From: a bacterium
GTDB taxonomy: Bacteria; SZUA-182; DTGQ01; JAFGSM01
DNA: 53,034 nucleotides
Direction of reading: 5' to 3'
NCBI GenBank assembly: GCA_049472355.1
Contig: JBLIRP010000015.1
Coordinates: forward strand, 1 to 53,034
The position numbers and the translations under genes were made by a program. Each line of letters begins with the position of its first letter. Within the stretch, counting starts at the first letter, position 1. The notes under the pieces were generated by a model, which made no database searches, was not told the DNA's origin, and saw only the letters and a program-made list of their open reading frames with translations. Positions 30,583-40,271 of this stretch are shown here, in pieces.

Positions 30583-30698
30583 GGAATACCGAAACGGTGA
30601 ACAAGTTGGCCAGGGGTGCACATTAAAAAGACCCTTCCGAAGTTTTTTTACGCACAGGTAAAACCCTGGGCCAACTCATTCACCGCCGTCGATATTCC
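30583..30698 (-). ncRNA. Putative structured RNA (long rod hairpin), family unknown
   Basis: Arms 30583-30617 and 30663-30698 pair almost completely on the minus strand using several G-U pairs; inner stems continue toward a CUUCGGAAG apex. Confidence 0.4.
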
Positions 30699-31171
30699 AT
30701 CATTCCGTGTGGTAAAGGATATGAATACTGCGACATCCCTCACCGATCGTTGCGAGGATCGTTCAGGGAATTATTGCCATATCAAATGGATCGACGAATA
30801 CCCGGGCTGAATGGGAAATTCCAATGATGCATCCTCGTCCCTTGATCGTGGGCAGTCGTGTCTGCCCGCGGCCTTGCCTGAAGAATCACCATCAGCATTG
30901 CCGGCTCAGGCGGACGGCATTGCCAAACGGGTGAAAAACGTGTAGCATCATGGAGCGCCATTATTCTCAGGCGGTTGTCGTATTCCCGATCCAACCGATA
31001 GTTCTCTCTTTATAACGTGGGGGGAATGGGATTCGATTTGATACAATGGTGCGGAGTTACACAGTTAAAACCCTTTTCGGATTAAGAGACGCCCGTTGAT
31101 TCCGTTTCTTACGAGAAGAGCGCAATGTCATCACCGTCGTTGTGTTGCCCCATAAACCTGCATACAATGCC

Positions 31172-32500
31172 ATGAAGGAAAACGGCAAACGGGGAATCAT
31201 CAGCTGGTGCATGTATGACTGGGCAAACTCTGCGTTTGCCACCACCATATTGGCCGCGGTCCTTCCCATCTTTTACAGCGAGGTGGCAGCCAATGGGATA
31301 CCAAAAACAACGGCCACCAGCTACTGGGGATATACCAATACCATCGCCATGGTAGTGGTGGCCTTTTCCTCGCCGATTCTCGGTTCCATTGCCGACTACA
31401 CCGCAAAGAGAAAACGATTCCTCTTTCTATTCACCGCCATGGGCGTCACCGCCACCGGACTGCTCTTTCTCATACAGCAGGGCCAATGGCTTGCCGCCTC
31501 CGCCCTCTTCATACTGGGACGGATCGGATTCGGCGGCGGGAATATCTTTTATGACTCCCTGCTTCCCTTCGTGGCCCACGAAGAGATCATCGACCAGGTA
31601 TCCTCCTTCGGGTATGCCCTCGGATATCTCGGGGGTGGCGTGCTCCTGGCGATCAACCTCCTCATGATAAAAAGTCCGGGGTCCTTCCTCATTCCCGATG
31701 CCGTGTGTGCGATGCGCCTTTCATTCCTCTCGGTGGCCCTTTGGTGGGCGCTCTTTTCCCTTCCCCTCTTTCTCGTGGTGCCGGAACCGGGGCACTCCCC
31801 GCCCAGGGATTTGTCAGGCGTGGTAAGAAAGAGCATTCGGGAGTTGCTCGCCATCCTGGACCGGATCACCGACTACAGGGAGCCCTTCAAGTTTCTTATG
31901 GCCTTCTGGCTTTACAACGACGGCATCGGCACCATCATCGTCATGGCCGCCATATTCGGCGCCGAGATCGGGATCAACCGCAATCATCTCATCGGCTCCA
32001 TCCTTCTGGTACAATTCGTGGGCATCCCGTTCACCATCCTGTTTGGGAAAATGGCCAGATACCTGGGGACAAAGACCTGCATCCTCATCGGACTCATGGT
32101 ATACATCATTGTGGCCATCTACGGGTATTTCCTGAAGACCCCGTCGGACTTTCTGGTATTGGCCATCATGGTGGGACTGGTCCAGGGCGGGACCCAGGCC
32201 CTGAGCAGATCCTTCTTTGCACGGATGATCCCTGCGGAGGATTCGTCCAAATTCTTCTCCTTCTATGATGTCACCTCGAAATTTTCCGGCATCATGGGCC
32301 CGGCCCTTTTCGGTCTGGTTGCACAATTCAGCGGATCGAGCAGGTACGGGATCGTTGCCCTGGTCGTCTTTTTCATCGCCGGGGGGACCATCCTCCTCTT
32401 CGTCAATCCGCCGACTGGACCTCCTCGACCTCCTGGGCAACCTCGGCCCATTTCTCATATGCATCCCGGAGAAGGTTTTCCACCTCACGGTGCCGTTTGA
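31172..32500 (+). CDS. MFS transporter (UMF1/Atg22-like)
   Basis: [40 protein letters not shown] and QALSRS motifs. Confidence 0.9.
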   Translation: MKENGKRGIISWCMYDWANSAFATTILAAVLPIFYSEVAANGIPKTTATSYWGYTNTIAMVVVAFSSPILGSIADYTAKRKRFLFLFTAMGVTATGLLFLIQQGQWLAASALFILGRIGFGGGNIFYDSLLPFVAHEEIIDQVSSFGYALGYLGGGVLLAINLLMIKSPGSFLIPDAVCAMRLSFLSVALWWALFSLPLFLVVPEPGHSPPRDLSGVVRKSIRELLAILDRITDYREPFKFLMAFWLYNDGIGTIIVMAAIFGAEIGINRNHLIGSILLVQFVGIPFTILFGKMARYLGTKTCILIGLMVYIIVAIYGYFLKTPSDFLVLAIMVGLVQGGTQALSRSFFARMIPAEDSSKFFSFYDVTSKFSGIMGPALFGLVAQFSGSSRYGIVALVVFFIAGGTILLFVNPPTGPPRPPGQPRPISHMHPGEGFPPHGAV

Positions 32501-34352
32501 TCTTCACGGGATAGACCTCCGGGTCGCTCATAACCGCAGGATTACAGAGCTCACAGGCGATCACCTCCATCTCCTGCTCCAGTTCGGCGATCTCCCGCTC
32601 CAGCGCAGCGAGACGAATCCTGAGGGGTTTGAGCAGGCGTGATTTTTCCTGAATACGCCACGCCCGGACACGGCGCTCCTCCTTCTTGTTGAGGGACCTT
32701 TCCGGTTGAGCGCAGGAGGGATCATCCGGGGCTCGTGATTGTGGGGGGACAGGCATCGCCTCCTGCCCCTTTTTCCACAGGTAATCATCATAGTTTCCCG
32801 GATAACTCGTGAGCGTACCGTTCTTGACCTCCACCACCCTATTGGCGATGGAGTTGATGAAGGCACGATCGTGGGAAATAAAGATCAGGGTGCCCTGGTA
32901 ATCGGCGAGTGCGTCTTCGAGCACCTGGCGCGAAAGGATGTCCAGGTGGTTGGTGGGCTCATCCATGATCAGGAGGTTCGCAGGCCGGGCGAGCATCTTG
33001 GCAAGGGCCACCCGGGCCTTTTCCCCTCCGGAAAGGACGGAAATCTGCTTGAACACCTCATCCCCCGAAAAGAGAAACGCACCGAGCAGGGTTCGGCACC
33101 TCTCCTGGGTGAAATCGGGGGCTACCCGCTCCAGTTCCTCCAGGATGGTGGCGGAGGGATCGAGACACTCCAACTGGTGCTGGGCGTAGTAATCCATGGT
33201 GACATGGTGTCCCAACCGGACGTGGCCTCCCTGTATATCCACCCGGCCGGCGATGATCTTCAACAGGGTGGACTTTCCCGCTCCATTGTGCCCAATAAGG
33301 ATCACCTTTTCACCCCGCTGGAGGTCGAAGTCAAGGTTTTCATACACGGTCTTTTCACCGTAACGCTTGGTGACACCGCACACCTGCACCACCTGGTGTC
33401 CTGAACGTGGCGGCTGAGGAAGGCGGATCTTCATTGCCCTGGACATATCCACAACGGGTTCCACCCTCTCTATCTTCTCAAGCATCCTGAGACGGCTCTG
33501 CACCTGTCGTGCCTTGGTGGCCTTGTATCGAAAGCGTTCGATGAATCGCTCGGTCTGCTCGATTTTCCGCTGCTGATTCCTGTACTCCGCCTCAACCTGC
33601 TCCTGGCGTACCGCCTTTTCCTCCACGTACTCCTCGAAATTTCCCACATAGGTATGCAAAGTGCGCTTGGTAATCTCCAGGACACGCTGGGCAATGCGCT
33701 GCATGAACACCTGGTCATGGGTGGTCATGATGATGGTGCCCGGATACTGGAGCAGAAATCCCTCCAGCCATTCCACCGTTTCGAGGTCGAGGTGGTTGGT
33801 GGGCTCGTCGAGCAGGAGCACGTCCGGTTTGGCCAGGAGGAGTTTCGCCAGGGCGACCCGCATCATCCATCCGCCTGAGAATTCATGGAGGGATCGCGTA
33901 ACGTGATCGGGGGAAAATCCCATGCCGCACAGGATGGCCTGTGCCTGATGCTCGATTGCATATCCCCCCCTCGCCTCGAAAACCTGGCGCACCTCACCGT
34001 AGTGATCGAGAATTTCCGGTGAATGGTCCTCCTTGAGCCTGAGTTCCAAATCGGCGAGTTCCTGCTCCATCCGCTGAAGTTCGGGGAAACCCGCAAGGAT
34101 TTCGGCAAGGATGCTCCGCCTGGGATTGTCCCAGACCTCCTGCTTGAGATAGCCGATACGCGCACCCTTGCCGATGACGATACTCCCCTCCTCGACATCT
34201 TCCTCACCGGCCAGGATGCGGAGGAGCGTGGTCTTGCCCGAACCGTTAGGACCGACCAGCCCCACCCGGGTCTTGAGCGGAATGTGTGCCGATGCGCCGT
34301 CAAAGATCACCTTGGGACCGAACTGCTTGCGTATGTTATGGATGTGGATCAT
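32403..34352 (-). CDS. ABC-F family ATP-binding protein (YheS/Uup-like)
   Basis: Two ABC cassettes ([25 protein letters not shown] and [17 protein letters not shown]), linker and C-terminal coiled coil. Confidence 0.93.
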   Translation of the reverse strand: MIHIHNIRKQFGPKVIFDGASAHIPLKTRVGLVGPNGSGKTTLLRILAGEEDVEEGSIVIGKGARIGYLKQEVWDNPRRSILAEILAGFPELQRMEQELADLELRLKEDHSPEILDHYGEVRQVFEARGGYAIEHQAQAILCGMGFSPDHVTRSLHEFSGGWMMRVALAKLLLAKPDVLLLDEPTNHLDLETVEWLEGFLLQYPGTIIMTTHDQVFMQRIAQRVLEITKRTLHTYVGNFEEYVEEKAVRQEQVEAEYRNQQRKIEQTERFIERFRYKATKARQVQSRLRMLEKIERVEPVVDMSRAMKIRLPQPPRSGHQVVQVCGVTKRYGEKTVYENLDFDLQRGEKVILIGHNGAGKSTLLKIIAGRVDIQGGHVRLGHHVTMDYYAQHQLECLDPSATILEELERVAPDFTQERCRTLLGAFLFSGDEVFKQISVLSGGEKARVALAKMLARPANLLIMDEPTNHLDILSRQVLEDALADYQGTLIFISHDRAFINSIANRVVEVKNGTLTSYPGNYDDYLWKKGQEAMPVPPQSRAPDDPSCAQPERSLNKKEERRVRAWRIQEKSRLLKPLRIRLAALEREIAELEQEMEVIACELCNPAVMSDPEVYPVKIKRHREVENLLRDAYEKWAEVAQEVEEVQSAD

Positions 34353-34424
34353 GGTCGTTCAGGCGTGTCCTTCAATTGTCCACAGAGGTACTCTCAGGGT
34401 ATATCGTTTTTCCATTATAATATA

Positions 34425-35639
34425 TTATTCCTGCAGGAGGGAAATATGGAGCGGATCTCCGTCCTCCAACGGATCATCCCCCCCGCACGGCCTTCCGAAA
34501 AAACGGTAGCATGACTTCCAGCGATGTGTTGTTTCGGCACGGATTTGGATGACACAACGAGAACCGGATACCTGATTCAGGAGTTCCTTCGCACGGCTGT
34601 ATCTGAGATGGGGGGACACGCACAACTCATCCTGACCCATCACCATGGTCGTATTTCCCCGGAAGGAGACATTGATGAGGGTGGGCAGAGGACTGCCTTC
34701 GCATATCGCCCCGCCGCCGGAGCACGTATTCGGCACAAGGAGCAACGGCGCCGCGGTATTTCCGGTGATTCTACAGCGGATGATGCATGGTGAGGAATTA
34801 TACGCACACGCGATACCCCCTCCATGTGAGGCATCATTCCGGGTAATATCGCATTGGATTATGTCCGGGGAGGAGGCAACACAAAAAATCCCCCCTCCAT
34901 CCGCTTCGGCATGATTGGACTCGATCACGCATGCGGTGATCGTTACGTTCGGGGATGCATAGCAATAAATCCCTCCCCCTCCGGTGAAGGCATACGCGAC
35001 AGTGCCATGGGAGACATTATGGCTGATACGGCACGCCGTGATGGTCGGGGATGAGTAGAACCCATAGATGCCGCCGCCGGAGTATGCCGCTTCATTATGT
35101 CTGATTTCACAGGCAATGATGGTGGGAGATGATGAATCGGAGCAATAGATGCCACCGCCCTGGGATAGTGCTCGATTGTCTCGCACGATACAGTTTCTCA
35201 GGACCGGGGAGGCATTCTCAGAGCGTATGCCCCCGCCGTTCATACCCTTTCCATTGGTTATGGTGAAACCGCTCATGACGGCACGTTCATCCTCATCGGA
35301 ATCAAAAACGACAACGCTCTCCGTCTGATTACCATCTATGACGGTATCGGCGATGATCTGCGGGTCCTCCGGATCCTCGCCCGTCACCAGGACAGGCTTC
35401 CCCTTGAAATTGATGTTTTCCACATATACCCCGGGATGCACAAGGATGGTGTCATGATCAGATGCTGCGTCGAGGGCGCCTTGTATGGAATCATATGCAT
35501 ACCCGGCCATACCCACCTCGAGTATGTCCGCGTACACGTACGTGTGCAAGGACGCGGCGCACAACAGGGATACTGCCGTAAACAGCATGTATATGCACAA
35601 TCTCCTCATGACGCCATACACGGTTTGATGCCCTTTCAT
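34425..35639 (-). CDS. Secreted right-handed parallel beta-helix protein (GGGI repeats)
   Basis: Signal peptide; YDSIQGALDAA..DTILVHPGVYVENINF.GK; repeated GGGIYC...SPTI..C.I..N.A units. Confidence 0.82.
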   Translation of the reverse strand: MKGHQTVYGVMRRLCIYMLFTAVSLLCAASLHTYVYADILEVGMAGYAYDSIQGALDAASDHDTILVHPGVYVENINFKGKPVLVTGEDPEDPQIIADTVIDGNQTESVVVFDSDEDERAVMSGFTITNGKGMNGGGIRSENASPVLRNCIVRDNRALSQGGGIYCSDSSSPTIIACEIRHNEAAYSGGGIYGFYSSPTITACRISHNVSHGTVAYAFTGGGGIYCYASPNVTITACVIESNHAEADGGGIFCVASSPDIIQCDITRNDASHGGGIACAYNSSPCIIRCRITGNTAAPLLLVPNTCSGGGAICEGSPLPTLINVSFRGNTTMVMGQDELCVSPHLRYSRAKELLNQVSGSRCVIQIRAETTHRWKSCYRFFGRPCGGDDPLEDGDPLHISLLQE

Positions 35640-35772
35640 TGCGGGTCAATCATGCTTGTAACGCAATATCCCTCACTGCAGGTGTTCCCTTATGGCATCC
35701 CCGGGACATGACTCCCTACGCCCATGGTGGCAGGGGATGCACCTTCGGTATCCGCAGACATGGATAGAGGAA

Positions 35773-35788
35773 AGCATATATCATACCA
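35773..35788 (-). promoter_or_regulatory. Candidate sigma54 -24/-12 promoter
   Basis: TGGTATG-ATAT-ATGCT (GG-N10-GC) upstream of the beta-helix gene. Confidence 0.4.
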
Positions 35789-35899
35789 TGAGTTTTCATG
35801 TAAGGGGGTGCATAAGGAGTGTCTTAAGGAATGAGTGGCGATTGGGTATTTGGTACAGGGATGTCCGGTATTACTTCTCCTTGCGGGATGGTTGTTTAA

Positions 35900-35929
35900 T
35901 GGGCTGCCCTCCCTGTGTCGGGCAGCCCA
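35900..35929 (-). terminator. Terminator-like hairpin
   Basis: TGGGCTGCCC...GGGCAGCCCA 10-bp stem about 20 bp after the 35951 stop. Confidence 0.6.
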
Positions 35930-35950
35930 CACAACAGACCCTGGTAATGA

Positions 35951-36940
35951 CTAAATGACCGGCGCGGTAAGGTTCACATTGAAATTGCCATAATCGACAT
36001 TGAGCTTCACCAGATCCTGCACCATATAGGTCCCGGTCATGGTTACCGGACTGGTCATGGTGCAGTCGAGCTCGATGATATATATGGAAAGAGCGCTTGG
36101 GAGCAATATGAACGTGGTGGTAGTGAAGAAACCCTGATTTCCCCCTGTCAGCGTGAAGGCCGTCACTCCACCAACGGGCAAGGCGCCGGTGACAGTGGCG
36201 GGGATGGAATTGGTCACCTTGTTGAGGATCAGGTTCACCTCGCCGCTTACAATTCCTACCAAGGCATCCTCCACCAGGGTCATACTCATGATCCCTCCCT
36301 TGAGCTGAACAAGACTGAACCACGAGCCCGACCAGGTTCCGGCCTGCTCGGCGACCACCGGAGACACCGCCGGTGTTGCCACGGTAGAAGTGGTGTTGAG
36401 GAGCCCAAGGCCTGAAAGGAGCCCGGATGTACCCAAAAGCCCTCCTAGTCCACCGAGCCCGCTCAGGCCAGACATGCTGCCAAGCCCGCAAAGGCCGCCA
36501 TACATCCCCAGCCCGTAGAGACCACTGCATCCGTATAGTCCACCGTATCCACCATAGAATCCCAATCCGGAGAGACCACCATACATCCCCAGCCCATAGA
36601 GGCCGCCGTACATCCCCAGGCCGTAGAGACCGCCGTATCCGTATAGTCCGCCATATCCGCCATAGAGCCCCAATCCGGAGAGACCACCGTACATCCCCAG
36701 CCCATAGAGGCCGCCGTACATCCCCAGGCCGTAGAGACCGCCGTATCCGTATAGTCCGCCATATCCGCCATAGAGCCCCAATCCGGAGAGACCGAGCCCG
36801 GATATCCCATAATAGGCATTTCCAGAAGGAAGAAAGGCGAGGAAAAACATGAGCACCAGCAAGAATAAAATCAATATAACGGCCAGTGCCTCGATATTGA
36901 ACCCCTTACGCCCTTTTTCATCACTCATTAACCTGTGCAT
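35951..36940 (-). CDS. Secreted Gly/Tyr/Leu-repeat protein with a C-terminal beta-rich domain
   Basis: GGAGG RBS; hydrophobic signal; 36-aa repeats of LSGLGLYGGYGGLYGYGGLYGLGMYGGLYGLGMYGG; C-terminal domain starts AEQAGTWSGSW. Confidence 0.8.
   Translation of the reverse strand: MHRLMSDEKGRKGFNIEALAVILILFLLVLMFFLAFLPSGNAYYGISGLGLSGLGLYGGYGGLYGYGGLYGLGMYGGLYGLGMYGGLSGLGLYGGYGGLYGYGGLYGLGMYGGLYGLGMYGGLSGLGFYGGYGGLYGCSGLYGLGMYGGLCGLGSMSGLSGLGGLGGLLGTSGLLSGLGLLNTTSTVATPAVSPVVAEQAGTWSGSWFSLVQLKGGIMSMTLVEDALVGIVSGEVNLILNKVTNSIPATVTGALPVGGVTAFTLTGGNQGFFTTTTFILLPSALSIYIIELDCTMTSPVTMTGTYMVQDLVKLNVDYGNFNVNLTAPVI
36467..36790 (-). repeat. 108-bp coding tandem repeat x~3
   Basis: ATCCGGAGAG recurs at 36565, 36673 and 36781 (period 108). 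Confidence 0.9.
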
Positions 36941-37139
36941 CACGCAACCTCCATAAAGCAATTCAGATTGAATCTCGCCGTGCCTGAAGGTCCCGCCTCC
37001 TGTGTTGCTCCCTCAGGCAAATACGACCGGAATCATTTGATTCCGGGATACTATCCCCATGCTATGTCTTGGAAACGAAGCATACCGCTACTGCTGAATC
37101 GAATGGCTGAATTCAGGTCATGGAACAAAACGGCATATC

Positions 37140-37490
37140 TCAACAGTTGTAGTGTTGAAGAAGCAACAGCCTATCATGGTATCCTTCACCATTGATATGT
37201 TCGACAAGGAAATTGGACGTCACAAAACCGATGAGACAGGAATGCGGTAATTTTTGAAAATACACCGGGCACTCCCTATTATCCGAGAATGTGCGGTTGA
37301 TCCTCTCGTTGACTGCCGTAAGGGGTATGAGAAGGAAACAGGGCAAATCCAGGATCTCATCGGGGAAGATGCACATGCATTGGAGATAGTGCGCTCCATG
37401 GAGATACTGCAGTGATACCAGGACGCCTATCAGGAAAAGAATAATCCTGAAATAGGTTGAAACATTTATATATGGATTTCTTTGAGACAT
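37140..37490 (-). CDS. Hypothetical protein with an N-terminal hydrophobic segment
   Basis: 116-aa ORF with a weak GAAGG RBS just downstream of a sigma54-like promoter; no recognisable family. Confidence 0.3.
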   Translation of the reverse strand: MSQRNPYINVSTYFRIILFLIGVLVSLQYLHGAHYLQCMCIFPDEILDLPCFLLIPLTAVNERINRTFSDNRECPVYFQKLPHSCLIGFVTSNFLVEHINGEGYHDRLLLLQHYNC

Positions 37491-37529
37491 ATGGAGACCT
37501 TCAAAGCCTTCTTCTGATCCCTATAACTA

Positions 37530-37545
37530 AGCAAAAGGCATTCCA
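37530..37545 (-). promoter_or_regulatory. Candidate sigma54 -24/-12 promoter
   Basis: TGGAATG-CCTT-TTGCT (GG-N10-GC) with an AT-rich spacer upstream. Confidence 0.55.
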
Positions 37546-37714
37546 GAAAAGGAAACAGGAAAGGAAATCTTTTTATATTGTAAATTCAATCGGATATGCG
37601 ATTTCTATAATTTGATAGCAAAGGAATTTGATATCACTATCATATTTTCTATGGGGCGTTTCAAAAATTTATGGCACGAGAACGGAAGGCAATGAGGAGG
37701 GCGCAAAAGAGCGA

Positions 37715-37759
37715 CGAGGATCAGCCCCCGGAAGGTGCCCCGGGAGGGTCTGATCCTCG
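37715..37759 (-). terminator. Terminator-like hairpin
   Basis: CGAGGATCAG...CTGATCCTCG stem downstream of the 37797 stop. Confidence 0.5.
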
Positions 37760-37796
37760 ATCCCCTGTCAACGATCAAAAATGACCGAACCAATTG

Positions 37797-38828
37797 TTAT
37801 ATGTAAAAGCTGCCGAATGGCGGTATTCCCATGCCGTAGGTAGTCCTTGAGGACGGAAGACCCAAAAATGGTTGGTAGTAGCCGCCAAACAGGCCTGTGG
37901 AGTAGCCGTATGGAAATCTCCCGGAAGTGCCTGCAAGATAGCCGCTCATAAATCCCGATTGATACCCTGAGGGATAGAAACTCTGGTAGCTGTATGGATA
38001 GGAGCCCGGATAGCCGCTGCCGTAACCATAGGAAAAAAATGGGTAATTACCTCGAAAGCTGGAAAGGGAGCCGCCCGGATAAAAGCTCGACATATTGCCA
38101 TAATAGACTCGCGAGGAGGGATAGTAGGAATAGTAGGGGTTGTAGTAGTACGGTGTGGAATACTGAGCGGGGATGGTCAGGGTGAGATAGAGCACCTCAT
38201 CGTCATCCACGATAGCCGGGACACCGGTGTTGGGAGTGAGGTTCTCCCATTCCGTATCCTCAAAGTCGTCGAAGTCTTCGAAATCCTGGGAATCCTCGTG
38301 CATGTTTGCATCGCGAAATTCATTATCCCAGAATTCGATATACTTTATACGCGCCTGGTCCGACGATATCGTGATATCGGTGATTCTGGCAGTATTGCTG
38401 TCATATTCATAGGCCCAGTCGTCATCTACTGCAGTGGCCTGAAAGAACATGTCACTGATGCCCGGTACCACCACATCGTCATCACTTGAGCCGATCGTTT
38501 CATAATCCGACTTTGTGGTTGCGTACAGACCGGACCCAAGATAGTAGGTGAGGGTCTTCTCATCAACGGTGACCACCGGGTCATGGGTACCCGGAATCAA
38601 CCGTACGTAAAGCTTATTGTTTTCGTTGTCCCGGACGGTAAATTTGATCTCAAAGGCGGCATTTGCAAGGATTCTTGTCTTAAAAAATTCATAGGGATAG
38701 TGGATGTCGACATCCCTTCTTACGGTACAGTTGAAGATTTGGGCGGGGGCGTTCGTCGCGGGATAAGAGAAAAGGAATGCTATTACGGCCAGGCCTATGA
38801 CAGCACATAATAATCCTTCACGTTTCAT
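37797..38828 (-). CDS. Secreted protein with an acidic beta-rich domain and a Tyr/Gly/Ser-rich C-terminal tail
   Basis: AGGAGG RBS; signal ending APA|Q; Asp-rich core; ~120-aa tail such as YYYNPYYSYYPSS...YGYGSGYPGSYPYSY. Confidence 0.8.
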   Translation of the reverse strand: MKREGLLCAVIGLAVIAFLFSYPATNAPAQIFNCTVRRDVDIHYPYEFFKTRILANAAFEIKFTVRDNENNKLYVRLIPGTHDPVVTVDEKTLTYYLGSGLYATTKSDYETIGSSDDDVVVPGISDMFFQATAVDDDWAYEYDSNTARITDITISSDQARIKYIEFWDNEFRDANMHEDSQDFEDFDDFEDTEWENLTPNTGVPAIVDDDEVLYLTLTIPAQYSTPYYYNPYYSYYPSSRVYYGNMSSFYPGGSLSSFRGNYPFFSYGYGSGYPGSYPYSYQSFYPSGYQSGFMSGYLAGTSGRFPYGYSTGLFGGYYQPFLGLPSSRTTYGMGIPPFGSFYI

Positions 38829-39066
38829 CAAACGTCCTCCTTGTGATGTAGCCATGACGAAAAGGGTTATAAAACTCGGTTGAAAAGAATATCTTGTTCC
38901 CCATACATCACCTCCCCCAGACAGGTTTTGTATACCGTCGTCCGTTTCATTACTGCGCCTTATATATTAATTAGACTATTTCAATTTTCATGCGGTTACG
39001 AAATAATTTCACCTGCGGCATCCCCTCTGTTTCAGGACGTTTCCGGCATGATCCATTATTGCCTGG

Positions 39067-39729
39067 TCATGTCGGCGGTTCCTCCAGCCGTTTTACAATG
39101 GCCCGGGCAGGGGCGCCATCGCCGTTTTCTATTCTCAACGGAAGACAGATGAGACGGTACCTCCCCCCCTCCACAGGTGAGAGATCGAGCCCCTCAACAA
39201 TCCAGATGCCGGCCTGAAGGAGGATGGCATGCGTTTCCGACCCATCCTTGTGGAATCCCCCAACGGAGAGGGAATCGATCCCCACGGTCATTACCTGTAA
39301 TTCCGCGAGCATTTGAGCGGCATCGCGGGAAATATACACGAAATCCTCCACGAATGGCTTGGATTCCCGGCACCTGGCCGATTTTTTTGTTTTAAAGAGG
39401 ATGCGTTCCCCACGACGAATCCGGTGTGGAAGGAGTTCATGAGGGGCAATGACATGCTCATCGGTGATCTCGATGATACGGCATATTCCGATGGTTGCGT
39501 TGAAGGGCATCGTGTCCACCCCCCTGCCGCCCTTCAGGTAATGAAGCGGGGCATCAATGTGGGTGCCGGTATGCGAGGAGAGGGAGAGCTTGGATAGCGT
39601 ACACTCGTCACCGCCGTCACGATCGAGCACCCGTGCGATCTTCACGGCAGGATCACCGGGCCATACCACCATATTGTTCCTCAGGGGGATAGAGACATCA
39701 ATCCACCCCTTCTTTTCCGTTGTACGCAT
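39067..39729 (-). CDS. Cyclase-family protein (kynurenine formamidase-like)
   Basis: WPGDP, HTGTHIDAPLH, VGIDSLS, IVEGL and GDGAPARA motifs. Confidence 0.9.
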   Translation of the reverse strand: MRTTEKKGWIDVSIPLRNNMVVWPGDPAVKIARVLDRDGGDECTLSKLSLSSHTGTHIDAPLHYLKGGRGVDTMPFNATIGICRIIEITDEHVIAPHELLPHRIRRGERILFKTKKSARCRESKPFVEDFVYISRDAAQMLAELQVMTVGIDSLSVGGFHKDGSETHAILLQAGIWIVEGLDLSPVEGGRYRLICLPLRIENGDGAPARAIVKRLEEPPT

Positions 39730-40038
39730 ATCTTTTCCTCCGAGCGCAGACCTGACATAGGCCCTAAGTCCATACAAAATTGGTGAATAACAGCTATTGA
39801 GTATACCCCAAATACGCCCCGCGTGAAAAGGAGTTCGTTCACGAGTGTCATTCATGAGATCAAGCGTAATTAATCTCGCAATTGTATTGAGCGGCTACGA
39901 TCAACCGATACCGGCAGGTGTCAATTCATGAAATGAACCATGGAACGAAAGAGGAAGGAAAGGGAGGGACCGCCATGCGGGGGAAGGTTTCACTGCAGCA
40001 ATTCTTCCCCGCAACAATCCTCTGATCGATGGATTTCC

Positions 40039-40155
40039 CTACTTACGGCGTGACAAGCAGTAATCAACAATGACTCCGGCCAGGATGGGAACGGGAATCG
40101 AGAAGAGCACCCAGCAGAAAAGGATGATTACCGGCATTGATCTCATCATGGTCAT
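40039..40155 (-). CDS. Putative 38-aa single-TM small protein
   Basis: GAGGGAGG RBS; MTMMRSMPVIILFCWVLFSIPVPILAGVIVDYCLSRRK; hairpin at 39976-40013 downstream. Confidence 0.45.
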   Translation of the reverse strand: MTMMRSMPVIILFCWVLFSIPVPILAGVIVDYCLSRRK

Positions 40156-40271
40156 ACCCTCCCTCTGTAAGAGAGATTATTCGGAAAGACCCCTCTTCGG
40201 GGATCATCGGCTTCAATACTGTAGACGCGGTTTCCCTTCGATCCATTATCATGTGATAGGTGCGGGGAGTC

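Noticed and set aside
30583..30698. SRP RNA, 6S RNA or attC site
   Set aside because: Lacks the SRP CAGG/GGAA/AGCAG motif, is too short with no large central bubble for 6S, and has no RYYYAAC/GTTRRRY ends.
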